The position numbers and the translations under genes are program-made. The notes beneath the pieces were generated by a model. The model saw only the letters and a program-made list of their open reading frames with translations. It was not told the DNA's origin and searched no databases. A stretch of DNA of 49,593 bases, taken from contig JAKDZT010000001.1 in the NCBI GenBank assembly GCA_030462125.1, forward strand, positions 1 to 49,593. Direction: 5' to 3'. This stretch comes from Tetragenococcus sp. (GTDB lineage Bacteria; Bacillota; Bacilli; Lactobacillales; Enterococcaceae). Positions 12,050-22,656 of the stretch are shown here, in pieces (the first letter of the stretch is position 1; every line of letters starts with the position of its first letter).

Positions 12050-12595
12050 TTAAATAGCATTTTGATTTTCTCTATCATAAGAGTTATCTTCAAAGAAATG
12101 GTCAGTCACTTTTTTATACTCCGCTACGGAAACATCAGCGTTTTTGGAATGCAACATTTCATATCTAACGCCGCCTTCTGTCATAATTTTACCACTGGCG
12201 ACAAAACCATTTCGCAAGTAAAATTGCTTTCTTTTTTCTCTTTGCTCTTTATTTTCTGCGTCATCGCTTACTTCTTCTACTAATAAAATGATTTTATCAT
12301 TAGCAAAATATCTTTGGATCGTTTTTATTGCTTCTCTGCCATAACCTTTAGATTGAATAGTAGAATCTATCGCGAAATAAAAGATATATACAAGGTTTTC
12401 ATATTTGGTATAGTAAACAATCCCTACTAATTGTGAATCAGAAAAAATGCCCGAAAATTTTGCTTTGCCTAGGGCAATATTATTTTTTAATATTTCATAA
12501 GGGATTTGTTCTTTTTGGGGAAAAGAATTTAAATAGATTTTTTTTGCATCGTTAAATGATAATGAATCACTCTTAAGTTCTTGGATAGTTAACAT
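12050..12595 (-). CDS. GNAT-family N-acetyltransferase
   Basis: YIFYFAID..IQSKGYG acetyl-CoA motif A and RKQFYLRNGF motif B; ATG 12595 with GGAGG RBS. Confidence 0.88.
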   Translation of the reverse strand: MLTIQELKSDSLSFNDAKKIYLNSFPQKEQIPYEILKNNIALGKAKFSGIFSDSQLVGIVYYTKYENLVYIFYFAIDSTIQSKGYGREAIKTIQRYFANDKIILLVEEVSDDAENKEQREKRKQFYLRNGFVASGKIMTEGGVRYEMLHSKNADVSVAEYKKVTDHFFEDNSYDRENQNAI

Positions 12596-12783
12596 ATGTA
12601 AATACCTCCACATTGTCATAAATGATTTTTAGTAACGGTGTATATCTAAAGCACTTTAACGTCACTAACTTAAATCATAAAAAACTTAACAGGAAAAAGT
12701 CAAACTTTTATGTGCAATTTTCTTGTTCTTTTTCAACTTATTTTTCATTTAAAATGATTTCGATTAGTTTTTCCTAGCTAGTT

Positions 12784-12828
12784 AAAAAGAGTGTTAAGAG
12801 ATAAAAAAGATCTCTTAACACTCTTTTT
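12784..12828 (-). terminator. rpoE terminator
   Basis: Perfect AAAAAGAGTGTTAAGAGAT...ATCTCTTAACACTCTTTTT inverted repeat. Confidence 0.85.
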
Positions 12829-12845
12829 ACAAAAACAAACAAACT

Positions 12846-13451
12846 TTAGATTTGTTCTTCATCTTCATTGTCGTCAGTTTCTTCTTCGTCATCGTCCACA
12901 ACGGACAAGTCTTCTTCAATATTGCCAGGCAGTTCTTCTTCGTCATCGTCATTATCTGTATTGGCGCCGATTTCTTGTAAGTCTGAATTGTATTCAGCGA
13001 TTTCTTCGTCGTCATCATCGTCATCAAACAGATCGTCATCGTCAGCTGTTGTAGCCAAATCAGCATCTTCTGGATCATCATCATTATAATCAATGACATC
13101 TTGATCCCCACTGCTAAAGGCATTTACTTTATTAGGTTTACGACGTCTCGTTTCATCTTCATCTTCCAGACCATGAGTCACTTCTTCATTGATTGAATCA
13201 ATCGCATACCATGAACGCAAGCCCCAACGATTTTCACCTAATGAAATAAAACTTCCATCTGTGTTCAAATCTGTATAAAACTGAGCTAAAGAAGACCGAA
13301 TTTGGCTATCTGGTATATCTAAATATTCTTGCGTAGCATTAACGATATCAGAAAAATCCATTACTTCGCCTTTTTGTTCTAAAATAGCATGAGCCACTTC
13401 AATCATTGATAGATCACTTTTATTTACATTTTCAAATACATTAATTTCCAA
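12846..13451 (-). CDS. rpoE: DNA-directed RNA polymerase delta subunit
   Basis: [37 protein letters not shown], long acidic tail; TTG start inferred. Confidence 0.96.
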   Translation of the reverse strand: MEINVFENVNKSDLSMIEVAHAILEQKGEVMDFSDIVNATQEYLDIPDSQIRSSLAQFYTDLNTDGSFISLGENRWGLRSWYAIDSINEEVTHGLEDEDETRRRKPNKVNAFSSGDQDVIDYNDDDPEDADLATTADDDDLFDDDDDDEEIAEYNSDLQEIGANTDNDDDEEELPGNIEEDLSVVDDDEEETDDNEDEEQI

Positions 13452-13535
13452 ACAGGACACGTCCTTTCAAATCTAAAGTCAATCATACAAAATTGTTTTA
13501 AAAAAAGCAATTTTATATAAAAGTTTTATAAAAAA

Positions 13536-13973
13536 CTAGGCAGAAAATTCCAGTAATAAATCGTAGCTGCCTATTTTTTGCTCTGCCATAAATAAATCAT
13601 ACGCAATTGTAATTTTTCCTGCTGTTGGTCGGTCCGTTAAACTGAAATGCAAATCTTTGGTATACGTACTAAAAAAAATAACACCATAAGGCGTTTGATA
13701 ACTTGTTTCAAACTGCTCATGATAACTAAATTTCAAACGCATGCGCATTTCTCCTGCGCGCATTAGTTGAACCGATCCGTCAGGAAGAACTTTCATTGTC
13801 ACAGAAACCGGTTCTGAGCCGTCTTCTTGTTCTTCCTTATAACGAATATAAAGTGTATTGTTCATTCGAATGACTTGTCCCTTGATATCAAACAAAAATT
13901 CTTCTTGTTCGCCATCTTGGTTAACTTCTGTCTTTAAATGGATCGATACAGGAACGCCTTTTGATAAATCCAT
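13536..13973 (-). CDS. DUF1934 (YwiB-like) protein
   Basis: LYIRYKE, YQTPYG motif, typical position upstream of rpoE; GAGGAG RBS. Confidence 0.85.
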   Translation of the reverse strand: MDLSKGVPVSIHLKTEVNQDGEQEEFLFDIKGQVIRMNNTLYIRYKEEQEDGSEPVSVTMKVLPDGSVQLMRAGEMRMRLKFSYHEQFETSYQTPYGVIFFSTYTKDLHFSLTDRPTAGKITIAYDLFMAEQKIGSYDLLLEFSA

Positions 13974-14226
13974 TTCTTCTCTCCTCACTTTTACAACAAA
14001 TCAGTAAGTACCACCTGAATGGTACTTACCCTCTATTCTTCCATTTTTCACATTTTTTACAATTTGTCAATGAACTCATTTATAAAAAGAAAGAGCGTGA
14101 ACAAACATTAAAACATCCACACGCTATTCATTCACTAGTTAAATAATAAACAAAAGTTTCCTCATCCGTTTGCTGATCTCTTTTTGTAGTATATAATAAG
14201 GATATAACTAAAAAAGGACTTAGAAA

Positions 14227-15042
14227 ATGAGAAAAATATTACTTGACCAAAAAATTTTTACTAGTAAAACCGCTATGATACCCTTCGCTCTAACAGATGT
14301 TTTGACAGAAACTGCAGGAAAAACAAATAAAAACTTGCTTCATTTTTGGCAGTTTGAAAAGACATTTATACTAGGAATGAAGGACACACGTGTTGACGAT
14401 TTATCTGCAGGCATCCATACGATTAGAAAAAATGGCTATGAACCAGTGATACGAAATGCTGGTGGATTAGGTGTTATTTCTGATGAAGGTGTGTTAAATA
14501 TCTCTTGGATTTTCCCCAAAGAGCAAGTTTCCATTGACCAATCTTATGAAAAAATGCTGTCATTGATACAAAAGGCTTTTCCTGAGTTATCTATCCAGGC
14601 ATATGAAATTAGCCATTCTTATTGTCCCGGAAAATTTGATTTAAGTGTAAATGGCAGGAAAATCGCAGGCATTGCGCAACGTCGAGTGAAAGAAGGGATC
14701 GCGGTGATGATGTATTTGAGCGTGTTTGGTGATCAGAACCAACGAGGCGAAACCGTACGAGAATTTTATCAAAAAAGTTTAACAGAAAACTATGGTAAGA
14801 ACGGTTATCCAGACGTTTGGCCAGCCACCATGACGACACTTTCAGAAGTATTAGATCAAGATCTCACTATTCAAACCGTAAAAAATCGCTTCTTGCAAGC
14901 CTTGAATATTGACGAACCTGCACAAAATGCCCTAGATTGGATAAAAGAAAAAGAACAAAGTACACAATTTGAGAAAAAAATGAGCAATATGAAACAACGA
15001 AATAAACAATTAGAGGAGCTTAATAATGTCTCTACCTTATAA
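14227..15042 (+). CDS. lipL: Lipoate-protein ligase family, LipL-type octanoyl/lipoyl amidotransferase
   Basis: RNAGGLGV, HSYCPGKFDLS (catalytic Cys), KIAGIAQRR. Confidence 0.82.
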   Translation: MRKILLDQKIFTSKTAMIPFALTDVLTETAGKTNKNLLHFWQFEKTFILGMKDTRVDDLSAGIHTIRKNGYEPVIRNAGGLGVISDEGVLNISWIFPKEQVSIDQSYEKMLSLIQKAFPELSIQAYEISHSYCPGKFDLSVNGRKIAGIAQRRVKEGIAVMMYLSVFGDQNQRGETVREFYQKSLTENYGKNGYPDVWPATMTTLSEVLDQDLTIQTVKNRFLQALNIDEPAQNALDWIKEKEQSTQFEKKMSNMKQRNKQLEELNNVSTL

Positions 15043-16384
15043 GTACCAGACACTGCCGATCGAAAAAGTTTTTCGCGATCCGGTCCATAATTACATTCAT
15101 ATCAATCATCAAGTCATCCTTGATTTGATTAACTCCAAAGAAGTGCAACGCCTACGTCGCATCAAACAACTAGGTACTTCTTCTTTTACGTTTCATGGAG
15201 CTGAGCATAGTCGCTTTTCGCATTCTCTAGGCGTCTATGAAATTAGTCGTCGAATTTGTAATATATTCCAACAAAATTACTCCGTAGAAAAAATGGGGGA
15301 AGACGGCTGGGATGATTCGCAACGTTTGGCCACTTTGTGCGCAGCGCTGTTACATGACGTAGGCCACGGTCCTTATTCGCACACTTTTGAACGAATTTTT
15401 CATACAGATCATGAAGAGATCACTGTGGCTATTATTACTTCTCCAGAGACAGAAGTCTATCAAATATTAAACAATGTTGAAGCAGGTTTCCCAGAAAAAG
15501 TTGCTAGTGTTATCACAAAAACGTATCCTAATCCTCAAGTAGTGCAGATGATTTCTAGCCAAATTGATGCCGATCGCATGGATTATTTGTTACGTGATGC
15601 TTATTTTACTGGAACAAAATATGGGACATTTGACTTAACGAGGATTTTACGGATGATTCGACCTTGTAAAAGTGGGATTGTCTTTTCCATGGATGGAATG
15701 CATGCCGTAGAAGACTACATTGTCTCAAGATACCAAATGTATATCCAAGTTTATTTTCACCCGAGTTCGCGTGGGATGGAAGTTATCTTAGAACATTTAT
15801 TAAATCGTGCGCATGAACTTTTCCCACAAGAAGCGTCTATGTTGCGAAGTAGTGCCCAATTGCTGGTTCCTTTTTTTAAAGAAAAATTCTCTTTAAAAGA
15901 CTATTTGCGTTTAGATGATGGGGTGTTAAATACCGCATTTAATCTTTGGACGGAGACAAGTGACCCGATTTTAAGTGACCTCTCCCAACGTTTCTTAAAT
16001 CGTAAGCCTTTAAAATCTTGCCGGTTTACACCAGAAACTCAAGACAAACTAATTTCTAATATGCAACAAATTGTAGAAAAAGCGGGCTTTAATCCTACCT
16101 ATTATACTGCGTTTAACTCTAGTTATGATTTACCTTATGATTTCTATCAACCTAAATTAGAAAAACATCGGACACAGATTGAATTACAACAAAATGATGG
16201 TACTTTAACCGAATTATCAAAAGTTAGCCAACTAGTTTCTGCTCTCGCAGGACAAGAACAAGGAGATCATCGTTTTTATTTTCCTAAAGAAATGATCGAT
16301 CAACGATTACAAAATGATTATGATCTGTTTGGTGATACTTATCGCCTATTTGCTTCGCATATTCATAACGGCGAACTAATCTAA
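15026..16384 (+). CDS. HD-domain phosphohydrolase, dNTP triphosphohydrolase (YwfO/EF1143-like)
   Basis: RDPVH, QRLRRIKQLG, HSRFSHSLG, LLHDVGHGPYSH, DADRMDY. Confidence 0.92.
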   Translation: MSLPYKYQTLPIEKVFRDPVHNYIHINHQVILDLINSKEVQRLRRIKQLGTSSFTFHGAEHSRFSHSLGVYEISRRICNIFQQNYSVEKMGEDGWDDSQRLATLCAALLHDVGHGPYSHTFERIFHTDHEEITVAIITSPETEVYQILNNVEAGFPEKVASVITKTYPNPQVVQMISSQIDADRMDYLLRDAYFTGTKYGTFDLTRILRMIRPCKSGIVFSMDGMHAVEDYIVSRYQMYIQVYFHPSSRGMEVILEHLLNRAHELFPQEASMLRSSAQLLVPFFKEKFSLKDYLRLDDGVLNTAFNLWTETSDPILSDLSQRFLNRKPLKSCRFTPETQDKLISNMQQIVEKAGFNPTYYTAFNSSYDLPYDFYQPKLEKHRTQIELQQNDGTLTELSKVSQLVSALAGQEQGDHRFYFPKEMIDQRLQNDYDLFGDTYRLFASHIHNGELI

Positions 16385-16422
16385 AAAAAGAGGCTGGTTA
16401 TTGCAATCCAGTCTCTTTTTTT
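16383..16422. terminator. Bidirectional terminator
   Basis: AAAAAAAGAGGCTGG...CCAGTCTCTTTTTTT between convergent genes. Confidence 0.8.
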
Positions 16423-16425
16423 AAT

Positions 16426-16875
16426 CTACAAATTATTTTGTTTCATCCACTTTTGTAATGCCCAACGATGACTTCCTCTTTTTAGTAAAAGCATGGCGTC
16501 GTCTGGCGTCACCCAGTGAAGCTGATTGGTTTTTTCAGTGGGGTCGGCAACTTTTTCCCATTGATCGGCAACGTAAAAATAACCTGGGTGAGCAAAGTAG
16601 GTATCTCGATGGCTAGAATAAAAATACTCTTTGGCTTCTCCCAAATAAGCACCAATTTGCACACGAAAACCCACTTCTTCTAACATTTCACGTGCTATCG
16701 TTGCAGCGTGTGTTTCCCCTTTTTCAATTTCTCCACCGGGTAAAAAGAAAGCCCCATTAGGAGCTTGAACTAAAATCACTTCTTTTTTTTCATGACGACA
16801 AATGACAATATAAGCACCATAACGAGCTTTATAATTTTTCCCCTCTTCTTTTTTACCAAAAACAGCTTCTTTCAT
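16426..16875 (-). CDS. NUDIX hydrolase
   Basis: Nudix box GGEIEKGETHAATIAREMLEEVG; ATG 16875 with GGAGG RBS. Confidence 0.9.
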   Translation of the reverse strand: MKEAVFGKKEEGKNYKARYGAYIVICRHEKKEVILVQAPNGAFFLPGGEIEKGETHAATIAREMLEEVGFRVQIGAYLGEAKEYFYSSHRDTYFAHPGYFYVADQWEKVADPTEKTNQLHWVTPDDAMLLLKRGSHRWALQKWMKQNNL

Positions 16876-17021
16876 CGCAACCTCCGTCAATCGTTTTCTT
16901 TGCATTTTACTCGATTTCACAAAAAGAAACAAGTTTTATTCTCTTTTTTTATATAGAACTTAAGTAAAAAAATACAATATGTTATAATACATTTATCTCA
17001 ACTGAAAGGATGATAAAAACA

Positions 17022-17402
17022 ATGAGAATGGCACATACATGTGTACGTGTAAAAGATCTAAACGCTTCGATCGAATTTTACGAAAGTGCTTTTGGCTTTA
17101 CAGAAAATAGCCGCAGAGATTTTCCAGAAGGCGAGTTTACGCTCGTTTATCTATCATTACCAAATGATGATTACGAACTAGAACTAACCTACAATTATGA
17201 CCAAGTTGAACCCTATGATTTAGGTGATGGTTATGGACACATCGCAATTGCGACTGAAGATGTCCAAGCGCTACATGACAAACATGCAGCGGAAGGTTTT
17301 GATGTAACTGATCTAAAAGGACTGCCAGGCACCCCTCCTTCTTACTATTTTATTAAAGACCCAGATGGTTACAAAATTGAAGTAATTAAAGAAGATAAAT
17401 GA
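17022..17402 (+). CDS. gloA: Lactoylglutathione lyase (glyoxalase I, VOC family)
   Basis: HTCVRVKDL, LELTYN, GYGHIA, FIKDPDGYKIE. Confidence 0.88.
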   Translation: MRMAHTCVRVKDLNASIEFYESAFGFTENSRRDFPEGEFTLVYLSLPNDDYELELTYNYDQVEPYDLGDGYGHIAIATEDVQALHDKHAAEGFDVTDLKGLPGTPPSYYFIKDPDGYKIEVIKEDK

Positions 17403-17412
17403 ACAAACACCC

Positions 17413-17446
17413 AGCTCTGCAGTTTTTAAAGACTGCAGAGCTTTTT
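17413..17446. terminator. Terminator between convergent gloA and hydrolase
   Basis: AGCTCTGCAGT...ACTGCAGAGCT followed by TTTT. Confidence 0.75.
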
Positions 17447-18473
17447 ATCTATTAAAAAAATCTAAAATTGTTTGATAGACTTGTTCTTGATTGATTTCAT
17501 TAATGACTTCATGCTTCATTTTAGGAAAATTGATCATCTCAACATTTTGATAGCCAATGGTGCGCAATGTTCTTTGGGTATCGATTAATCCTTTTCTGCC
17601 ACCAGTAATGGCTACATCTTCTGCACCCGTGATACTCAAAATCGGTAACTCAGGATTTTGGCAAGCAAACAAGCTAACGTCTTTTAACCGACGAACACCT
17701 TCCCAAATCGTTGTTACGCCAATATTATTATAACCGGGTAACATCCGCGGATCACGTAAGACTTTTTCTACTTGTACTTCATCATTTGTCAGCCAAGTTT
17801 TATCCGTTGACCCAAAATTACTTAGCTTTTTTATAACCCAAGAAAAATTTTGCTTACCAGCAAATAAATCGGCTAAAAGCGCAATAACAACACCGTACTT
17901 TGCTTTTTTCTCGTATTGTACAGTGCCTGTCATTAATAATTTAGCAATTTTCTGATCATTTTTTTGTAGATATAAGCGTGCTAATACCGAACCATAAGAA
18001 TGACCATACAAGTAAACGGGTGAGTTGGTAAAGTGTTCATTGATAAATCGCGTAATTTTCAGCTGATCATCCAGCATTCGTTTCACACTAGGCATTTGCC
18101 CTAAAGGATTCTTTTCATCAATAGAATCTCCATGACCACGGCTATCACTTAAAATAACCGCAAAACCATTGCGGGCTAAAAACGAGGCAAGCCCACTGTA
18201 GCGTAATCGATGTTCCAATAATCCATGAACAACTTGTACCACTGCCTTTACAGGCTGATTTTCCGGTTGGATCACGGTGAGTGCAAGCGGCAATCCATCA
18301 CTAGCGATCAAATAAATATCTTCTTGAGTCACTGACTCTAAGCTTGTTGTTGTCACTTTTTCTGGTACAGCTTCTTTTAATACAATGGTTTCTGGCTCAC
18401 TTTTAAACAACAAATAACTTGCCAAACCTAAACCAAGGATACCGCCTTTAATCCAGATTTTTTTCTTTTTCAC
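17445..18473 (-). CDS. Alpha/beta hydrolase (lysophospholipase-like) with N-terminal membrane anchor
   Basis: VHGLLEH, DSRGHG, GHSYG nucleophile, KHEV; KKKK plus hydrophobic N-terminus; GTG start inferred. Confidence 0.85.
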   Translation of the reverse strand: MKKKKIWIKGGILGLGLASYLLFKSEPETIVLKEAVPEKVTTTSLESVTQEDIYLIASDGLPLALTVIQPENQPVKAVVQVVHGLLEHRLRYSGLASFLARNGFAVILSDSRGHGDSIDEKNPLGQMPSVKRMLDDQLKITRFINEHFTNSPVYLYGHSYGSVLARLYLQKNDQKIAKLLMTGTVQYEKKAKYGVVIALLADLFAGKQNFSWVIKKLSNFGSTDKTWLTNDEVQVEKVLRDPRMLPGYNNIGVTTIWEGVRRLKDVSLFACQNPELPILSITGAEDVAITGGRKGLIDTQRTLRTIGYQNVEMINFPKMKHEVINEINQEQVYQTILDFFNR

Positions 18474-18549
18474 AGCACTCGCCCCTTTTTTAATCGCTTT
18501 TTTAGAGTATAACATATAAAGAAGTTTCTTTTCATTGGATTTTTTGTAG

Positions 18550-18583
18550 AAAAAAAGCTTCAGAGCAACGTCTGAAGCTTTTT
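18550..18583 (-). terminator. trxA terminator
   Basis: AAAAAGCTTCAGA...TCTGAAGCTTTTT. Confidence 0.8.
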
Positions 18584-18596
18584 AACCAGATTATTT

Positions 18597-18911
18597 TTAC
18601 ATATGAGAAGCAATCATGGTTTCTAATTGGTCTTTCGTTTGTACACCAATGGCTTTATCCACAACTTCTCCATCTTTTTTTAGAATCAATGTCGGAATAC
18701 TTAAAATACCAAAACTAGCAGGTACTTCTGGGTTTTCGTCGACGTCAATTTTTACTACGCGAAATTCATCTTCGTCGTATTCTTCTTCGACTTGTTCTAA
18801 AATAGGTGCTTGCATTCTACAAGGGCCACACCAAGTTGCCCAAAAATCGATCATTACTAAACCACTTTCAGTTTCTACACTAAAATTCTTATCTGTCACT
18901 GTTTGTGTCAT
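18597..18911 (-). CDS. trxA: Thioredoxin
   Basis: DFWATWCGPC, SIPT. Confidence 0.97.
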   Translation of the reverse strand: MTQTVTDKNFSVETESGLVMIDFWATWCGPCRMQAPILEQVEEEYDEDEFRVVKIDVDENPEVPASFGILSIPTLILKKDGEVVDKAIGVQTKDQLETMIASHM

Positions 18912-18994
18912 TTATTCTTACCTCCACTTTTAATAGACAAAGTATAGCACCTTCGTCTATACTTGCAAACTAAATTGCTTAGCTTAAATTTTTT

Positions 18995-21370
18995 TTATTT
19001 AAAATTAACTATCGTTGCGCCATTTCCGCCTTGATTGGCTGGAGCAAAATCAAAACTTTTCACACTGCGATGATTTTTTAAATCATTTAGTACACCTTTA
19101 CGCAAAGCACCTGTTCCTTTTCCATGAACGATAGTCACTTGCGGGTAACCTGCCAAAATCGCAGCGTCTAAATATTGATTGAGCTCGTTTACAGCTTCTT
19201 CATAGTGTTTACCCCGTAGATCTAACTGACTGGAAACATGAGGCCCAGCAGAATTTATCGTGGATACATGTCGTTTAGGCGTTTCTGGTTCTTGCGGGGT
19301 AACAGCTTGTAAATCTTCTTCATCGACATCCATTTTTAAAATGCCTAACTGAACTTGCCATTTATTTTTACCAATCTTATCTAAAAGTTCGCCTCTTTGA
19401 TTATAAGGTGTAACGAGCACTCCATCGCCAGCTTTGAATTGCTTTTCTTTTTTCGCTTTTTGTAAAACTTTATTCTTTTTTAAAGGATCTTCAGCTTGCT
19501 CCAATTGATTCAATTGGCCTTTAGCTTCAATCAGTTCATTTTCTTTTACATTTTTTTGACCGCTTTGTTGTTGCATTTTACGCAGATTGCTGATAATTTT
19601 ATCAGACTCATCTTTGGCCTGCTCAACAATTTCATTGGCTTTACTGCGAGCTTTTGCTAGCTCATTTTCTCTTTCTTCATAAAAATACTGATAAGCTTCT
19701 TGTAACTCTTGGTGCAATTGCTCTGCTTCACTAACCTCATGTTTCAACTCTGAATACTCGGTTTCAGCCATCTTACGCTGATTTTCTAAATCAGTAATCA
19801 TCTCGTTTAAGTCTTGGCTTTCACCATTCATAATCTGCTTAGCAGAGTCAATAATCGTTGTGTTCAAACCTAAACGTTGGGAAATTTCAAAAGCATTACT
19901 GCGTCCGGGCACACCGATTAACAACTTATAAGTAGGTCGTAAAGTATTTACATCAAATTCCATCGATGCATTCACCGTTTTAGGTCGATTATAACCGTAG
20001 GCCTTTAATTCTGGATAGTGCGTGGTTGCCATAACATAAGCTTGTTTAGCAGCCAAATCATCCAAAATCGCAATGGCTAAAGCAGCCCCTTCTTGTGGAT
20101 CAGTACCAGCACCTAGTTCATCAAATAAAACTAAGCTGTTTTCATCTACTTTAGCTAACACATCGACAATCGTTGTCATATGAGAAGAAAAGGTAGATAA
20201 ATTTTGCTCGATCGATTGTTCATCGCCAATATCAGCAAATACTTCAGAAAAAATCCCCATTTGACTATCTTCTCCAGCAGGAATTGGCAATCCTGCTTGT
20301 CCCATTAATTGCAATAAGCCTAGCGTTTTTAGCGTGATGGTTTTCCCACCTGTATTAGGCCCTGTAATGACCACCGCTTGATAGTCTTCACCGATCATAA
20401 TATCATTGGCTATCACGTTGTTTTGATCTAAAAGCGGGTGTCTTGCTTGTTTAAAATAGACGTGGTTTTCTTGATTGATCAGTGGAACCACAGCCTGCAA
20501 ATCTTTAGCAAAACGCGCTTTGGCATTCATAAAATCAAATTTTCCAATGACATAGGCATTATGCATAATTTCTTCACGGCTAGGAACCAATTCTTCCGAC
20601 AGTTCTGCTAAAATACGAGCAATCTCGTCTCTTTCTGCAATTTGATATTGCCGTAAGCGATTATTTAATTCCACTACTTGACCTGGCTCAATAAAAAGCG
20701 TCTGTCCTGAAGAACTTTGATCATGGACTACCCCACCAAATGCGTTGCGATGTTCTTGTCTTACCGGAATGACATAACGTTCATTTCGCATTGTGACAAG
20801 GGCATCACTAAGATAACGTGCCTGTTTACCATGAGTAATACTATCTAAATTTTCTCGGATACTTTGTTCACTGCGTGTAATATTACGACGAATATTTTTT
20901 AACTCCGCCGAGGCTTCATCTGTTACACGTCCATCTTCATCAATCGCCTCTTTCAGACGTTTTCTTAACACTGGCAGCGCTGTTAATTGTGCTTGCCAAG
21001 CGTATAAGCGTTGAAATGGCTCTTCGTCTTCTTTGAATTCTGCTAAAAAGCGATCTACTTCCGCCGTGGTTGATAAAACACGTGAAATTTGTGCCAGTTC
21101 GACGCCATTTAAATCAGCACCAATCGCAATTCTTTTCATATGGGGTTGGATATTTTCAAGTTTAGGGATAGGGATGCCCCCACGTAGACGAAGCACTTTC
21201 ATTGCATCATCTGTTTCTTCTAAGAAACCCGTAATCACTTGCTCGTCTTTGACTGGCACTAACTGTTTTAATTCTTCTTTGCCTTGATCTGTGACTAAAT
21301 ATTGTGCAACTTGTGATTTTACTTGATTAAATTCTAATGTAGCTAATATTTCTTTATTTAATTCTTGCAT
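18995..21370 (-). CDS. mutS2: Endonuclease MutS2 (RqcU-like)
   Basis: TGPNTGGKT Walker A, DELGAGTDP, C-terminal Smr domain DLRG...HGKGTG. Confidence 0.96.
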   Translation of the reverse strand: MQELNKEILATLEFNQVKSQVAQYLVTDQGKEELKQLVPVKDEQVITGFLEETDDAMKVLRLRGGIPIPKLENIQPHMKRIAIGADLNGVELAQISRVLSTTAEVDRFLAEFKEDEEPFQRLYAWQAQLTALPVLRKRLKEAIDEDGRVTDEASAELKNIRRNITRSEQSIRENLDSITHGKQARYLSDALVTMRNERYVIPVRQEHRNAFGGVVHDQSSSGQTLFIEPGQVVELNNRLRQYQIAERDEIARILAELSEELVPSREEIMHNAYVIGKFDFMNAKARFAKDLQAVVPLINQENHVYFKQARHPLLDQNNVIANDIMIGEDYQAVVITGPNTGGKTITLKTLGLLQLMGQAGLPIPAGEDSQMGIFSEVFADIGDEQSIEQNLSTFSSHMTTIVDVLAKVDENSLVLFDELGAGTDPQEGAALAIAILDDLAAKQAYVMATTHYPELKAYGYNRPKTVNASMEFDVNTLRPTYKLLIGVPGRSNAFEISQRLGLNTTIIDSAKQIMNGESQDLNEMITDLENQRKMAETEYSELKHEVSEAEQLHQELQEAYQYFYEERENELAKARSKANEIVEQAKDESDKIISNLRKMQQQSGQKNVKENELIEAKGQLNQLEQAEDPLKKNKVLQKAKKEKQFKAGDGVLVTPYNQRGELLDKIGKNKWQVQLGILKMDVDEEDLQAVTPQEPETPKRHVSTINSAGPHVSSQLDLRGKHYEEAVNELNQYLDAAILAGYPQVTIVHGKGTGALRKGVLNDLKNHRSVKSFDFAPANQGGNGATIVNFK

Positions 21371-21457
21371 TTCCTTTCACCTGCTTTCTCGTCACTTTCT
21401 CTGTCAGCGTGAAAATAGAGCAGTTCTGCATTTATTTGCAAAAAACTGCCCTATTGT

Positions 21458-22000
21458 TTAAATGATGTCTGTTATCCACATTTTATCAAGCATATTGGAT
21501 AAAAATGGCGTCTTATCGACAATCAAATCAGCAGTGAAACTTCTATCAAATAGATTTTGGATCGCGTCAACTGGTAACATCGTCAAAACCTTTAAGACCA
21601 ATAAAATAGTGATATACATCAGCACTGTATTTAAGATCCCCGCAACCAACCAGTCATCTTCAAGTACTCGTCTAAAACGAAGGTTTCTAACAAAGACCAT
21701 CAAAAGCTTTGTTACTAACCAACCGATAATTAACCAGCCCATAAAAGCAACTGCTGCATAGTAAGCTTTATCTAGATCAAAAGATAATTCCTGACTATAA
21801 TAAACCATATCTGTTTCAGGGGATACAGATAAATAAGGCACATACAGCTCTATTTTTTGTCCCCACTCTTTATAAAGGCTCATTGCAAGGAAAAAAGAAA
21901 GAATACAACCTCCTGTGTATAACAGCTGTAAGGCCGTTGCTCGTCTTGCACCATTATAAAAAGAAAATAATAATAGTATAAAGATTATAAACCCAATCAT
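21458..22000 (-). CDS. cvpA: CvpA (colicin V production) family membrane protein
   Basis: Four hydrophobic segments; conserved zapA-cvpA-mutS2 order. Confidence 0.85.
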   Translation of the reverse strand: MIGFIIFILLLFSFYNGARRATALQLLYTGGCILSFFLAMSLYKEWGQKIELYVPYLSVSPETDMVYYSQELSFDLDKAYYAAVAFMGWLIIGWLVTKLLMVFVRNLRFRRVLEDDWLVAGILNTVLMYITILLVLKVLTMLPVDAIQNLFDRSFTADLIVDKTPFLSNMLDKMWITDII

Positions 22001-22016
22001 TCAGTCTTCCTTTCTG

Positions 22017-22457
22017 CTAGCCTTGAGTTACCCGTTGTTGAATACTCTGCTTGCGATTTTCATTTAAAATTTGTTGTGCTTCTACATGGTTATTGATCTC
22101 AACATCTTTTTGTCCTTGTTTTTCCAACACTTCTTTTGCATCTTGCTCAATTTTTTCGATGCGTTGGACTTGATTTTCCAGCTCTGTTGCTTTACTTGCT
22201 TTCTCATATAACGCGTCATTTTCTTCTTTTAATTTCAATAGTTCTTCTTGTTTATTTAGTTGATCAGACACCGCGTTTATAGCAAGTAAAATGGCTGCTT
22301 GTTCATTGTCTATTTGTGGAGACATTTTTTTAATTTCTTTGAGCTGATCATTGACAAGCTCAGTTACCATTTTCATATGCTTGGGGCTTTCTTTACCAAT
22401 AATGGTATAATTTTGATCTTCAATAACCGCTTTAAAACGGTTCTTTTGCTCTGCCAC
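22017..22457 (-). CDS. zapA: Cell division protein ZapA
   Basis: YTIIG, AAILLAINA, coiled-coil C-terminus; divergent from rnhC; GTG start with GGGAGG RBS. Confidence 0.88.
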   Translation of the reverse strand: MAEQKNRFKAVIEDQNYTIIGKESPKHMKMVTELVNDQLKEIKKMSPQIDNEQAAILLAINAVSDQLNKQEELLKLKEENDALYEKASKATELENQVQRIEKIEQDAKEVLEKQGQKDVEINNHVEAQQILNENRKQSIQQRVTQG

Positions 22458-22656
22458 CTTGTTCAGCCTCCCCTTATTTTATCATTATGTTTTTATTATA
22501 ACACTTTCAATGATTTTCAGTGTTTTTCTTGAAAATACCTTATCTATTATAAAGGAAAATTTTAAATTTTTCCACGTATGCACTTATTTTACTACATTTC
22601 AATTAAATACGCATTATGCTAAAATAAGACCACTAAACTAGAGAGGAAATGTCTGA

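Noticed and set aside
12827-13123. Met/Thr-rich alternate-frame ORF and GAT/GAC-type triplet repeats
   Set aside because: By-product of the acidic RpoE tail.
15026-16384. HD dNTPase as an anti-phage nucleotide-depletion system
   Set aside because: Matches the housekeeping YwfO/EF1143 type in its usual lipL-rpoE neighbourhood, with no defence-island context.
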